From NCBI GenBank assembly GCA_963754265.1, contig CAVWFB010000003.1, forward strand, positions 151,888-215,887: a stretch of DNA of 64,000 nucleotides, read 5' to 3'. Made by a program: the position numbers and the translations under genes. The DNA comes from an uncultured Actinomycetes bacterium (GTDB lineage: Bacteria > Actinomycetota > Thermoleophilia > Gaiellales > Gaiellaceae). The notes under the pieces are model-generated. The model made no database searches. It was not told the origin of the DNA and saw only the letters and a list, made by a program, of their open reading frames with translations. This document shows, in pieces, positions 34,837-43,645 of the stretch (position 1 is the stretch's first letter; every line of letters begins with the position of its first letter).

Positions 34837-35639
34837 ACGAGAGCCGACCCGCAGTCTCGATCACGGGCGTCTCGAAGCAGTTCAAGGCCGGCGTGACCGC
34901 GCTGATCGGGATCGACCTCGACGTTCGGCCGCGGGAGTTCGTCTCCCTGATCGGCCCTTCCGGCTGCGGCAAGTCGACGCTGCTGCGAATCATCGGCGAC
35001 CTGATCGAGCCGAGCGAGGGCACCGTCGAGGTCAACGGCAAGCCGGCACACCGCGCGCGGCTCGACCACGACTACGGGATCGTCTTCCAGGAGGCGGTGC
35101 TCTACGACTGGCGCACCGTCACCAAGAACATCGCCCTGCCCCTCGAGCTGCTCAAGTGGAGCCGCGAGAAGCGCTCCGCGCGCGTGAAGGAGATGCTCGA
35201 CCTCGTCGAGCTCGAGGGCTTCGAGGATCACCACCCGTGGCAGCTCTCGGGCGGCATGCAGCAGCGCGTCGCGATCGCGCGCGCGCTCTCGTTCGACCCC
35301 GCGCTGCTGCTGATGGACGAGCCGTTCGGCGCGCTCGACGAGATGACGCGCGAGCGAATGAACCTCGAGCTGCTGCGGATCTGGGACGCGAGCGGGTCGA
35401 CGATCGTCTTCGTCACGCACTCGATCCCGGAGGCGGTCTTCCTCTCGACGCGGGTCGTGGTCATGTCGGCGCGGCCGGGCCGCGTCGCCGGGATCGTCGA
35501 GGTCGACCTGCCGCAGCCGCGAACCGCCCGGACGCGGGAGGATCCACACTTCTTCGAGCTCGTGACGGAGGTGCGAGAGCGCCTCGCCGCCGGCGGCGCC
35601 GACGTCCTCGCCGCGGAGGCGGAGGTGGAAGCCTCCTGA
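34833..35639 (+). CDS. NitT/TauT-family ABC transporter ATP-binding protein
   Basis: GTG 34833 overlaps the permease stop (GTGA). 'VSITGVSKQF', Walker A 'GPSGCGKSTLLR', 'LSGGMQQRVAIARAL', 'LLMDEPFGALD'. Confidence 0.88.
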   Translation: MNESRPAVSITGVSKQFKAGVTALIGIDLDVRPREFVSLIGPSGCGKSTLLRIIGDLIEPSEGTVEVNGKPAHRARLDHDYGIVFQEAVLYDWRTVTKNIALPLELLKWSREKRSARVKEMLDLVELEGFEDHHPWQLSGGMQQRVAIARALSFDPALLLMDEPFGALDEMTRERMNLELLRIWDASGSTIVFVTHSIPEAVFLSTRVVVMSARPGRVAGIVEVDLPQPRTARTREDPHFFELVTEVRERLAAGGADVLAAEAEVEAS

Positions 35640-36430
35640 GCTCCGCCGCCGTCCAGCGCCGAGCCGTCGAGTGGGCGCCCGCTCTCGCCGTCTTCGTGCT
35701 CGGCATCCTCGCCTGGCAGGGCCTCGTGGCGGCCTTCCACGTGCAGGAGTTCCTGCTTCCGAAGCCGACCGTGATCGCCTCCACGTTCTGGGACGAGCGC
35801 GGGATGCTCTGGGACGCGGGCATCTACACCTTCAAGGAAGCGCTCGGCGGCTTCGCCCTCGGCTCGGGCCTCGGAATCCTCGTCGCGCTCCTGTTCGCCG
35901 CCTACGCCCCGCTCGGCACGGCCTTCATGCCCTACGCGGTCGCCGCCAACGCGATTCCGATCATCGCCTTCGCGCCGATCATGAACGACTGGTTCGGCCT
36001 CTTGAACCCGTTCTCGAAGATGGCGATCGCGGCGGTGCTCTGCTTCTTCCCGGTGCTGATCACGACGCTGCGCGGCCTCACGTCGGTCGATCCGCGCGCC
36101 ATCGAGCTGATGCGCTCCTACGCCGCAAATCGCCGAACGGTCTTCCGGCGGGTGCGCATCCCGGCGTCGCTGCCGCACATGTTCGCCGGCCTCAAGATCG
36201 CCAGTGTGCTCTCGATGATCGGCGCGATCGTCGGCGAGTACTTCGGCGGACCGACGACCGCGCTGGGCGTGACCATCCTCAACGCGTCCGCGTATACGAA
36301 CTTTCCGGTCGCCTGGGCCGGGATCGTGCTGGCGAGCGCGTTCGGGATCCTCTTCTACAGCGCTGTCGCGCTCGCCGAGCGGCTGACGACCTCCTGGGAT
36401 CCGTCGAGGCGGGACTTCCACACGGAGTGA
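35636..36430 (+). CDS. second NitT/TauT-family ABC transporter permease (start codon unclear, possibly CTG 35636)
   Basis: '..AVQRRAVEWAPALAVFVLGILAWQGLV...FPVLITTLRGLTSVDPRAIELMRSYAANRRTVFRRVRIPASLP'. There is no in-frame ATG/GTG/TTG before TM1. CTG 35636 overlaps the upstream TGA. The next GTG (35696) would truncate TM1. Confidence 0.7.
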   Translation: MSSAAVQRRAVEWAPALAVFVLGILAWQGLVAAFHVQEFLLPKPTVIASTFWDERGMLWDAGIYTFKEALGGFALGSGLGILVALLFAAYAPLGTAFMPYAVAANAIPIIAFAPIMNDWFGLLNPFSKMAIAAVLCFFPVLITTLRGLTSVDPRAIELMRSYAANRRTVFRRVRIPASLPHMFAGLKIASVLSMIGAIVGEYFGGPTTALGVTILNASAYTNFPVAWAGIVLASAFGILFYSAVALAERLTTSWDPSRRDFHTE

Positions 36431-36487
36431 CCACGCGTCACAATGGCGCGGATCGGACCGAGGTCGTCAAATCGGAAAGGGGAGCGG

Positions 36488-37615
36488 ATGAAGAGTCGAA
36501 GGTTCCTGCTCGCGGGGCTGGCGGTTCTCGTGGGCGTCTTCGTCGCCGGGTGCGGCGGCGGGAGCAGCAAGTCATCGGAGACCGAGGGCGGCAGCAGCGC
36601 TGCCAAGACGAAGGTGACGCTCCAGCTGAAGTGGGTCACTCAGGCCCAGTTCGCCGGCTACTACGCCGCCAAGGCGAAGGGCTACTACGACGAGGAGGGC
36701 CTCGACGTCAACCTCAAGGTCGGCGGGCCGAGCATCACGCCCGAACAGGTCGTACTCGGCAAGCAGGCCGAGTTCGGGATCGACTGGCTGCCGAGCCTGC
36801 TTTCCTCACGCGACAAGGGCCAGGATCTGGTCAACATCGCGCAGGTCTTCACACGCAGCGGCATGACCGAGCTCACGTGGAAGGACTCCGGCATCACCAC
36901 GATCGGGCAGATGGCGGGCAAGAAGGTCGGCGTCTGGTGCTGCGGGAACGAGAACGAGCTCTACGCGGCGCTGAACAAGAACAACATCGACCCGAAGACC
37001 GGCGTCACGATCGTCAACCAGCCGTTCAACATGAACCTGTTCCTGAACAAGGACGTCGAAGCGGCGGCTGCGATGACCTACAACGAGCTCGCCCAGGTGC
37101 TCGAGACGAAGGACCCGAAGACCGGGCAGCTCTACAAGCCGAGCGACCTCAACGTGATCAAGATGGAGGACGTCGGAACCGGAATGCTCGAGGACGGCGT
37201 GTTCGTCCGCGGTGACTGGATCTCGAACAAGGACAACCAGGCAACGGCCAAGAAGTTCCTTGCGGCGAGCTTCAAGGGCTGGGCCTACTGCCGCGACCAC
37301 CTGAACGAGTGCGTCCAGATCGTGCTGAACAACGGGCCGACGCTCGGCAAGGGTCATCAGACGTGGCAGATGAACGAGATCAACGCGCTCGTCTGGCCGG
37401 CCCCGGACGGGATCGGCGTGATGAACAAGGCTGCGTTCGACCGGACGGCGAACATCGCGCAGCAGTTCAAGGTGATCTCGAAGGCGCCGAGCCCGGACGC
37501 CTATCGGACCGACATCGCGCAGGACGCGGTGGACGAGCTCGACGCCGAGGGCGTCGACGTCAACGGCAGCGACTGGAAGAAGGAGAACATCAAGGTCACA
37601 CCAGGCGGGTCCTGA
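36488..37615 (+). CDS. NMT1/THI5-like ABC substrate-binding lipoprotein (NitT/TauT family)
   Basis: SD 'AAAGGGGAG' precedes ATG 36488. Lipobox 'VFVAGCGGG'. 'LQLKWVTQAQFAGYYAAKAKGYYDEEGLDV'. Confidence 0.85.
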   Translation: MKSRRFLLAGLAVLVGVFVAGCGGGSSKSSETEGGSSAAKTKVTLQLKWVTQAQFAGYYAAKAKGYYDEEGLDVNLKVGGPSITPEQVVLGKQAEFGIDWLPSLLSSRDKGQDLVNIAQVFTRSGMTELTWKDSGITTIGQMAGKKVGVWCCGNENELYAALNKNNIDPKTGVTIVNQPFNMNLFLNKDVEAAAAMTYNELAQVLETKDPKTGQLYKPSDLNVIKMEDVGTGMLEDGVFVRGDWISNKDNQATAKKFLAASFKGWAYCRDHLNECVQIVLNNGPTLGKGHQTWQMNEINALVWPAPDGIGVMNKAAFDRTANIAQQFKVISKAPSPDAYRTDIAQDAVDELDAEGVDVNGSDWKKENIKVTPGGS

Positions 37616-37636
37616 GTCCAACCCGACGCAGGTTGC

Positions 37637-37669
37637 ACGAGGCCTCCCCACGGGAGGCCTCGTTTTCTT
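37637..37669 (+). terminator. rho-independent terminator after the ABC importer operon
   Basis: 'ACGAGGCCTCCC' (37637-37648) and 'GGGAGGCCTCGT' (37652-37663) form a perfect 12-bp stem, followed by TTTTCTTC. Confidence 0.75.
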
Positions 37670-37703
37670 CTACGCTCGCCCTGATCGCCAGAGGAGGGCC
37701 GCG

Positions 37704-39114
37704 ATGTCTGTATTGATCAAGGGCGGGCGGGTCATCACCGCCGCCGACGACTACGTCGCCGACATCTACGTCGAAGACGAGACCGTGACGCTGATCGGCG
37801 AGTCGCTCGACGTCGGCGCCGACAAGGTCGTCGACGCGACGGGCAAGTACGTGCTGCCGGGCCTGGTCGACCCGCACACCCACCTGGACATGCCGTTCGG
37901 GGGCACGACCACGATCGACGACGTGGAGTCGGGCCAGACCGCGGCCGCCTTCGGCGGGACGACCTGCCACGTGGACTTCATCATCCAGCCGCAGGGCTCG
38001 ACCTTCGCCGACGCGGTCGCGGAATGGCGCGCGAAGGCCAACGGCAAGCAGGTGATCGACATGGGCTACCACATGGCCGTCACCGACCTGGCCGAAGGCG
38101 GGACGCTCGAGGAGCTCGCTTCGCTGCCGGACGAGGGGATCACCTCGTACAAGCTGTTCATGGCCTACAAGGGCGCCCTGATGGTCGACGACGAGACGCT
38201 CTTCCGGACGATGGAGGTCGCGGCCCGGACCGGCGCGCTCGTGATGGTGCATGCCGAGAACGGCGACGCGATCGACGTGCTCGTCAAGCAGGCGCTCGCC
38301 GAGGGCAAGACGGACCCGAAATACCACGCGCTCACGCGCCCGCCCGAGACCGAGGGCGAGGCGACGAACCGCGCGATCCAGCTCTCGCGGGTGGCGGGCT
38401 CCCCGCTCTACGTCGTCCACGTCTCGTGCAAGGAGGCGATCGAGCCGATCGAGCTCGCCCGCGACAAGGGCTGGGACGTCTGGGGCGAGACCTGCACGCA
38501 GTACTTCTTCATCGACTACTCGTTCCTCGAGAAGCCGAATTTCGAAGGCGCGAAGTACGTCTACACGCCGCCGCCGCGAGCGAAGGAGAACCAGGAGCAC
38601 CTCTGGAACGCCGTGCGCACCGACAAGCTCTCGGCGATCTCGACCGACCACTGCGCCTTTCTCTGGGACGGCCAGAAGACGCTCGGGAAGGACGACTTCT
38701 CGAAGATCCCGAACGGCGGCCCCGGGCTCGAGAACCGGCTCCACATGATCCACGAGTTCGGCGTGCGCGCCGGGCGCATCTCGCTCAACCGCATGGTCGA
38801 GCTGCTGGCGACGAGCCCCGCGAAGCTGTTCGGGCTCTACCCGCGCAAGGGCACGATCGCGGTCGGGTCCGACGCGGACATCGTCGTCTTCGACCCCGAG
38901 AAGCAAGCTGACGATCACGGCGGCGAACCAGCACTCGAAGACCGACTACAACCTGTACGAGGGCACCGAGGTGACCGGCTCTCCGGAGCTCGTCCTGCTG
39001 CGCGGCAACGTGCTCGTCGAAGGAGACGAGCTGGTCGCCTCGCCGGGGATCGGCCAGTACGTGGCGCGGGCGAAGTTCGGGGAGGAACTGAAGTCGAGAA
39101 CCGCGGTCGCCTAG
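37704..39114 (+). CDS. dihydropyrimidinase / D-hydantoinase, frame break near 38906
   Basis: 'VLIKGGRVITA', 'PGLVDPHTHLDMPF', 'SYKLFMAYKG', 'VMVHAENGD', 'YVVHVSC', 'STDHCAF'. After '..DIVVFDPEKQ' the family-typical end 'LTITAANQHSKTDYNLYEGTEVTGSPELVLLRGNVLVEGDELV..' is in the next frame and ends at TAG 39112-39114. Confidence 0.88.
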
Positions 39115-39134
39115 CGCTGCTCGCGGCCGCCGCC

Positions 39135-39470
39135 GTGCTCGCGGCGCTCGTCGTGGCCGCCCCGGCGGGGGCCAGGCTGAGCTACTGCAGCCCCTCCGGC
39201 GACGTCTGCACCTCCGTCGCGAAGCTGAAGGGCGTGCGCTACTTGCGAGTCGGGACGTTCAGCTTCAGCGGGCGCGTGAAGATCTGCGTCAAGGACCCGA
39301 GCGCCGCCCGCGTCTGCCACGGCTTCAAGCTGCGCAAGGCTGGGCCGCTCATGCAGGCGAAGGTGCTCTGGAAGGCCAACTACCCGAACCGCGGTCCGGG
39401 CACCTACCGCGTCACGTTCTTCTACGGCACAACCAGGCTCGGCCCGGCGCTCTCGTTCAAGCAGACCTGA
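39135..39470 (+). CDS. small secreted Cys-containing protein (hypothetical), start uncertain
   Basis: This is the tail of track ORF 37704..39470: 'LALLAAAAVLAALVVAAPAGA|RLSYCSPSGDVCTSVAKLKGVRYLRV..KICVKDPSAARVCHGF..'. It has a signal-peptide-like N-terminus and 4 Cys. The only canonical in-frame start is GTG 39135; CTG 39117 is possible. Confidence 0.35.
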   Translation: MLAALVVAAPAGARLSYCSPSGDVCTSVAKLKGVRYLRVGTFSFSGRVKICVKDPSAARVCHGFKLRKAGPLMQAKVLWKANYPNRGPGTYRVTFFYGTTRLGPALSFKQT

Positions 39471-39563
39471 CGAAGGGCGGCGGCGCGGCGTAGAAGTCCG
39501 CGTTGCCACCCTGGCCAAGCTTCACGAAAGCTGCCAATTCCCAGTCGAACACCGGTTTCCGCT

Positions 39564-40148
39564 TCAAACGGGCGGCTCGGGGTCGTACTGGATGTAGCGC
39601 CGCACCTCCCTGGCGCGCTCTGGCGAATGGAGCCTGGCGACCAGATGGAGCGCCATGTCGATACCGGCCGAGACGCCTGCGGCGGTGATCACCTGGCCGG
39701 TGTCGACGAACCGGTCGTCGGGCCGAACCTCGATCTCCTTGCCGAGGGTCGGCAGCAGCTCGAGCGAGCCCCAGTGCGTCGTCGCCTGCTTGCCGTCGAG
39801 CAGGCCCGCGGCCGCGTACACGAGCGAGCCGGTGCAGACGCTCGTCATGAGTGCCCCGTTGCCGGCGAGGCCGCGGATCCAGTCCAGCACCGCCTCGTCC
39901 GCAAGCTCCTTCCGCGTCCCGCGCCCGCCGGGATAGACGAGCACGTCGAGCGGCGGCGCCGTTTCCCACGTCTCGTGCGGGAGGACGCGCAATCCCTTGG
40001 CGCAGGTGATCGGCCCCTCCTCGCGCGCGAGCGTGAACACTCTCACGTCATCGTCGGGCCACTGCTCGGCCCAGGCGGCCAGCACCTCCCACGGCCCCGC
40101 CCAGTCGAGCTCCTCGGCGCCCGCGAAGAGCGCGACGCCGACGATCAC
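39564..40148 (-). CDS. DJ-1/PfpI-family protein
   Basis: 194 aa with the nucleophile elbow 'LMTSVCTGSLVYAAAGLL' and 'AAGVSAGIDMALHLV'. The GTG start overlaps the mmsA stop (GTGA). Confidence 0.85.
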   Translation of the reverse strand: MIVGVALFAGAEELDWAGPWEVLAAWAEQWPDDDVRVFTLAREEGPITCAKGLRVLPHETWETAPPLDVLVYPGGRGTRKELADEAVLDWIRGLAGNGALMTSVCTGSLVYAAAGLLDGKQATTHWGSLELLPTLGKEIEVRPDDRFVDTGQVITAAGVSAGIDMALHLVARLHSPERAREVRRYIQYDPEPPV

Positions 40149-41677
40149 CGAGTCTGCGGGAAGCCCAGGTCGACCTTCGAGGTGGCCGGATCAGGCCAGC
40201 GCGAGGTGACGACCTTCCCGCGCGTGTAGAACTGGATCCCCTCCGGGCCGTAGATGTGCAGGTCGCCGAAGAGCGAGTTCTTCCAGCCGCCGAACGAGTA
40301 GTAGGCGACCGGCACCGGGATCGGGACGTTCACGCCCACCATGCCGGCCTTGACGTCGAACTGGAACTGCCGCGCCACCCCGCCGTCGCGCGTGAACAGC
40401 GCCACGCCGTTGCCGTACGGGTTCCCGTTCACGAGCTCGACCGCCTCGTCGTAGGTCTCTACGCGCGTGACTCCGAGCACCGGCCCGAAGATCTCGTCCT
40501 TGTAGACGTCCATCTCGGGCTTGACGTCGTCGAGCAGCGTCACGCCGAGGAAGAACCCCCCGTTGTCGGGAGCGCTCTCGCGCCCGTCGGTGACGATCGT
40601 CGCGCCCTCCTCGCGGCCCTTCTCGATGTACGAGGCGACCTTGTCGCGGTGCTCCCGCGTGACGAGCGGGCCCATCTCGGAGTCGGGGTTCATCCCGTCG
40701 CCGACCTTCACCTTCGGCAGGCGCTCCTTGATCGCGTCGACGAGGTCGTCGGCCGCGTGGCCGACGGCCACGAGCATCGAGACCGCCATGCAGCGCTCGC
40801 CCGCCGAGCCGTAGCCGGCGCTGACCGCTGCGTCCGCCGCCATGTCGATATCCGCGTCCGGGAGGACGATCATGTGGTTCTTCGCCCCGCCGAGCGCCTG
40901 GACGCGCTTGCCGTGCCTGGTGCCGGTCTCGTAGACGTAGCGCGCGATCGGGGTCGAGCCGACGAAGCTGACCGCGGCGATCTCCGGATGCTCCAGCACT
41001 GAGTCGACCGCGACCTTGTCGCCGTGGACGATGTTGAAGACACCGTCGGGAAGACCGGCCTCCTTCAGCAGCTCGGCCGTCAGCATCGAGGCAGAGGGAT
41101 CCTTCTCGGAGGGCTTGAGCACGAACGTGTTCCCGCAGGCGATCGCGGGCGCCCACATCCACATGGGCACCATCGCCGGGAAGTTGAACGGCGTGATTCC
41201 GGCCACGACCCCGAGCGGCTGGCGGATCGAGTAGACGTCGATCCCGGTGGAGGCCTGCTCGGAGTAGCCGCCCTTGAGCAGCTCCGGCATGCCGCAGCAG
41301 AACTCGATCACCTCGAGGCCGCGCGCGACCTCGCCCTTCGCGTCGGAGAGGACCTTGCCGTGCTCGAGCGTGAGCAGCCGCGCGAGGTCGTCGGAGTGGT
41401 CGTGGACGAGCTCGCGGATGCGGAAGAAGAGCTCGGTGCGGCGCGAGAGCGACATCGTGCGCCAGCCCTCGAAGGCGCGCTTGGCCGCCTGGACGGCCGC
41501 GTCGACCTCCTCCCGGCTCGCGAAGTCGACCGCGGCGCTCTGGGCGCCGGTTGCGGGGTTGAAGACGGGGCCACTGCGCCCGGAGGTGCCTTCGACGGGC
41601 TTGCCGTCGATCCAGTGCGTGATGCGGGCGATCTCACCCGCCTGGTTCTCGGTGAACTGCTCCGCAACCTCGGTCAT
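40145..41677 (-). CDS. mmsA: CoA-acylating methylmalonate/malonate-semialdehyde dehydrogenase
   Basis: 510 aa. 'ITHWIDGK', 'FNFPAMVPMWMWAPAIACGNTFVLKPSEKDP', 'GERCMA', 'PVPVAYYSFGGWKNSLFGD'. Confidence 0.9.
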   Translation of the reverse strand: MTEVAEQFTENQAGEIARITHWIDGKPVEGTSGRSGPVFNPATGAQSAAVDFASREEVDAAVQAAKRAFEGWRTMSLSRRTELFFRIRELVHDHSDDLARLLTLEHGKVLSDAKGEVARGLEVIEFCCGMPELLKGGYSEQASTGIDVYSIRQPLGVVAGITPFNFPAMVPMWMWAPAIACGNTFVLKPSEKDPSASMLTAELLKEAGLPDGVFNIVHGDKVAVDSVLEHPEIAAVSFVGSTPIARYVYETGTRHGKRVQALGGAKNHMIVLPDADIDMAADAAVSAGYGSAGERCMAVSMLVAVGHAADDLVDAIKERLPKVKVGDGMNPDSEMGPLVTREHRDKVASYIEKGREEGATIVTDGRESAPDNGGFFLGVTLLDDVKPEMDVYKDEIFGPVLGVTRVETYDEAVELVNGNPYGNGVALFTRDGGVARQFQFDVKAGMVGVNVPIPVPVAYYSFGGWKNSLFGDLHIYGPEGIQFYTRGKVVTSRWPDPATSKVDLGFPQTR

Positions 41678-41731
41678 GCCGGCCTCCTTCGATTCGGTGC
41701 CAGCCTAGCGCGGCAGCGGTAGGATCGCCGC

Positions 41732-43072
41732 ATGGCCGTCTCAGAGGGTCTCGACGCCAAGCGGATCCAGGAGCTGGACAAGCAACACGTCCTCCATTCC
41801 TGGTCGGTTCAGAGCCAGATCTCGCCGCTGCCGATCGCCGGGGCCGAGGGGCGCTACTTCTGGGACCACGACGGCAACCGCTATCTCGATTTCGCCTCGC
41901 AGCTAGTCAACGTCTCGATCGGCCACCAGCACCCCAAGGTGGTTGCCGCGATCAAGGAGCAGGCGGACAAGCTCTGCACGATCGGGCCGCCCATGGCCCA
42001 CGAGACGCGCTCCGAGCTGGCGCGGCTGCTCGCGGAGGTCACCCCCGGTGACCTGACGATGTCGTTCTTCACGAACGGCGGCGCGGAGGCGAACGAGAAC
42101 GCGATCAAGCTCGCGCGCTGGTACACGGGCCGCCACAAGGTGATCGCCCGCTATCGCTCCTACCACGGAGCCACCGGGGGCGCGATCACGCTGACCGGCG
42201 ACCCGCGGCGCTGGCCCGCCGAGCCCGGGATCCCGGGCGTCGTGCGGATGCTCGACCCGTACACCTACCGCTGCCCGGCAGGCCATCCCGACCCCTGCCC
42301 CGTCTGCTCGGGGGCGCCGCACTTCGAGGAGATCCTCCAGTACGAGGGCCCGGAGAACGTCGCCGCCGTGATCATGGAGACGATCGTCGGGACGAACGGG
42401 ATCATCGTCCCGCCGGACGGCTACCTCGAGTCGATCCGCGAGGTGTGCGACCGGCACGGGATCGTGCTGATCCTCGACGAGGTGATGGCCGGCTTCGGGC
42501 GCACCGGCAAGTGGTTCGGCTGCGAGAACTGGGGCGTCGTCCCGGACATCCTCACTCTCGCGAAGGGGATCAACTCCGGCTACGTGCCACTCGGGGCGAT
42601 GGTGATCAACCAGAAGATCGCCGACTGGGTACAGGACAAGTACTTCGCGGGCGGGCTCACGTACTCGGGCCACGTGCTCGCGTGCGCGGCGGCGATCGCC
42701 TCGATCGAGGCGTTCCAGGAGGAGGGGATCGTCGAGAACTCGGCCGCGATGGGCAAGGTGCTGGCGGAGGAGCTGCCGCGGCTCCAGGAGCGGCATCCGT
42801 CGATCGGCGAGGTGCGGGGCAAGGGCCTCTTCTGGGGAATCGAGCTCGTCCGCGACCGCGAGACCCGCGAGCCGCTCGTCCCGTTCAACGCCACCGGCGA
42901 GGCGGCGGCCCCGATCGGGAAGATCATGAAGGCGGCGATGGAGCGTGGCCTCTACCTGATGACCCACTGGAACGTGATCATCGTGGCGCCGCCGCTCACG
43001 ATCACGCGCGAGGAGCTCGACGAGGGCCTCGGGGTCACTCGACGAAGTGCTATCCCTCGCGGACTGAGCTAG
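41732..43072 (+). CDS. class III aminotransferase (omega-amino acid / beta-alanine:pyruvate transaminase-like)
   Basis: 'SWSVQ', 'YLDFASQLVNVSIGHQHP', 'YHGATGGA', 'LILDEVMAGFGRTGKWF', 'LAKGINSGYVPLGA'. The last ~12 residues may be frame-shifted: a family-typical 'LDEVLSLAD' ending at TGA 43065-43067 is in another frame. Confidence 0.88.
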   Translation: MAVSEGLDAKRIQELDKQHVLHSWSVQSQISPLPIAGAEGRYFWDHDGNRYLDFASQLVNVSIGHQHPKVVAAIKEQADKLCTIGPPMAHETRSELARLLAEVTPGDLTMSFFTNGGAEANENAIKLARWYTGRHKVIARYRSYHGATGGAITLTGDPRRWPAEPGIPGVVRMLDPYTYRCPAGHPDPCPVCSGAPHFEEILQYEGPENVAAVIMETIVGTNGIIVPPDGYLESIREVCDRHGIVLILDEVMAGFGRTGKWFGCENWGVVPDILTLAKGINSGYVPLGAMVINQKIADWVQDKYFAGGLTYSGHVLACAAAIASIEAFQEEGIVENSAAMGKVLAEELPRLQERHPSIGEVRGKGLFWGIELVRDRETREPLVPFNATGEAAAPIGKIMKAAMERGLYLMTHWNVIIVAPPLTITREELDEGLGVTRRSAIPRGLS

Positions 43073-43102
43073 CCTTGACGCTCCGCCGCTGAGGAGCCGC
43101 CA

Positions 43103-43351
43103 ATCCGCACGATCAGCATTCAGGCGCCGACGACCGCCGCCGCGACCCAGCTCGTTCGCGACCTCTTCCCGTTCGCGCGCAGCGACGTGCGTCCGCTCGG
43201 AGGCGAAGGCTGCGAGGTCTGCATCGAGGACAGCTCGGACGAGGAGCTCGACGCCGTGCTCCTCGCCGTCGCTCGCTGGGCGGCCGAACAGCAGCTCGAG
43301 CAGCCCCGGGTGCTCGTCGACGACGCGCCCGTCGAGCTTCCCGACTCCTAG
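43103..43351 (+). CDS. possible 82-aa acidic protein with a non-canonical ATC start
   Basis: The frame is open from 43079, and the translation is protein-like: 'RTISIQAPTTAAATQLVRDLFPFARSDVRPLGGEGCEVCIEDSSDEELDAVLLAVARWAAEQQLEQPRVLVDDAPVELPDS'. SD GAGGAG (43091-43096) lies 6 nt before ATC 43103. The only canonical in-frame start is an internal GTG. Confidence 0.3.
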   Translation: MRTISIQAPTTAAATQLVRDLFPFARSDVRPLGGEGCEVCIEDSSDEELDAVLLAVARWAAEQQLEQPRVLVDDAPVELPDS

Positions 43352-43632
43352 TCCTCCGGAATCAGGGGCAGCGCCGCCGCGACGATCCGACGGCCGCCGT
43401 GCTCGTACACCACGTCGACGCTGTCGTTCTGCCGGTAAGTCCCGGCGACGCCGAGGAACAGCGAGGTCCAGCGCCAGAAGCCGAGCCGCCCCTCGCGGGC
43501 GAGGCGCCGCTCGAACACGAGGTCGTTTCCCTCCCGCCGGAAGTCCCGCCCGGGCTGCTGCGCGACGCCGTTGACGAAGACCTCGAAGCGCTCGCCCACG
43601 GCCGCCGGAAGTTGCGACGCGCGTTTGCTCAA
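43348..43632 (-). CDS. hypothetical 94-aa protein
   Basis: ATG-initiated ORF with balanced composition ('FEVFVNGVAQQPGRDFRREGNDLVFERRL...VDVVYEHGGRRIV'), divergent from ctaC. I recognised no family. Confidence 0.5.
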   Translation of the reverse strand: MSKRASQLPAAVGERFEVFVNGVAQQPGRDFRREGNDLVFERRLAREGRLGFWRWTSLFLGVAGTYRQNDSVDVVYEHGGRRIVAAALPLIPED

Positions 43633-43645
43633 CCACGCTCATAGA

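Noticed and set aside
33236-35635. The upstream ~800 codons of the 1064-aa ORF 33236..36430.
   Set aside because: Only the last ~265 aa (the second NitT permease) are protein-like. The rest is Arg/Pro/Gly-rich shadow frame over the M20 hydrolase, the first permease and the ATPase genes.
33954-35639. Apparent permease-ATPase fusion (561 aa). Likewise, 37704..39470 appears as a dihydropyrimidinase with a C-terminal extension.
   Set aside because: In both cases a one-nt frame break joins the upstream gene to the frame of the next gene. The natural C-termini and stops are present in the neighbouring frame.
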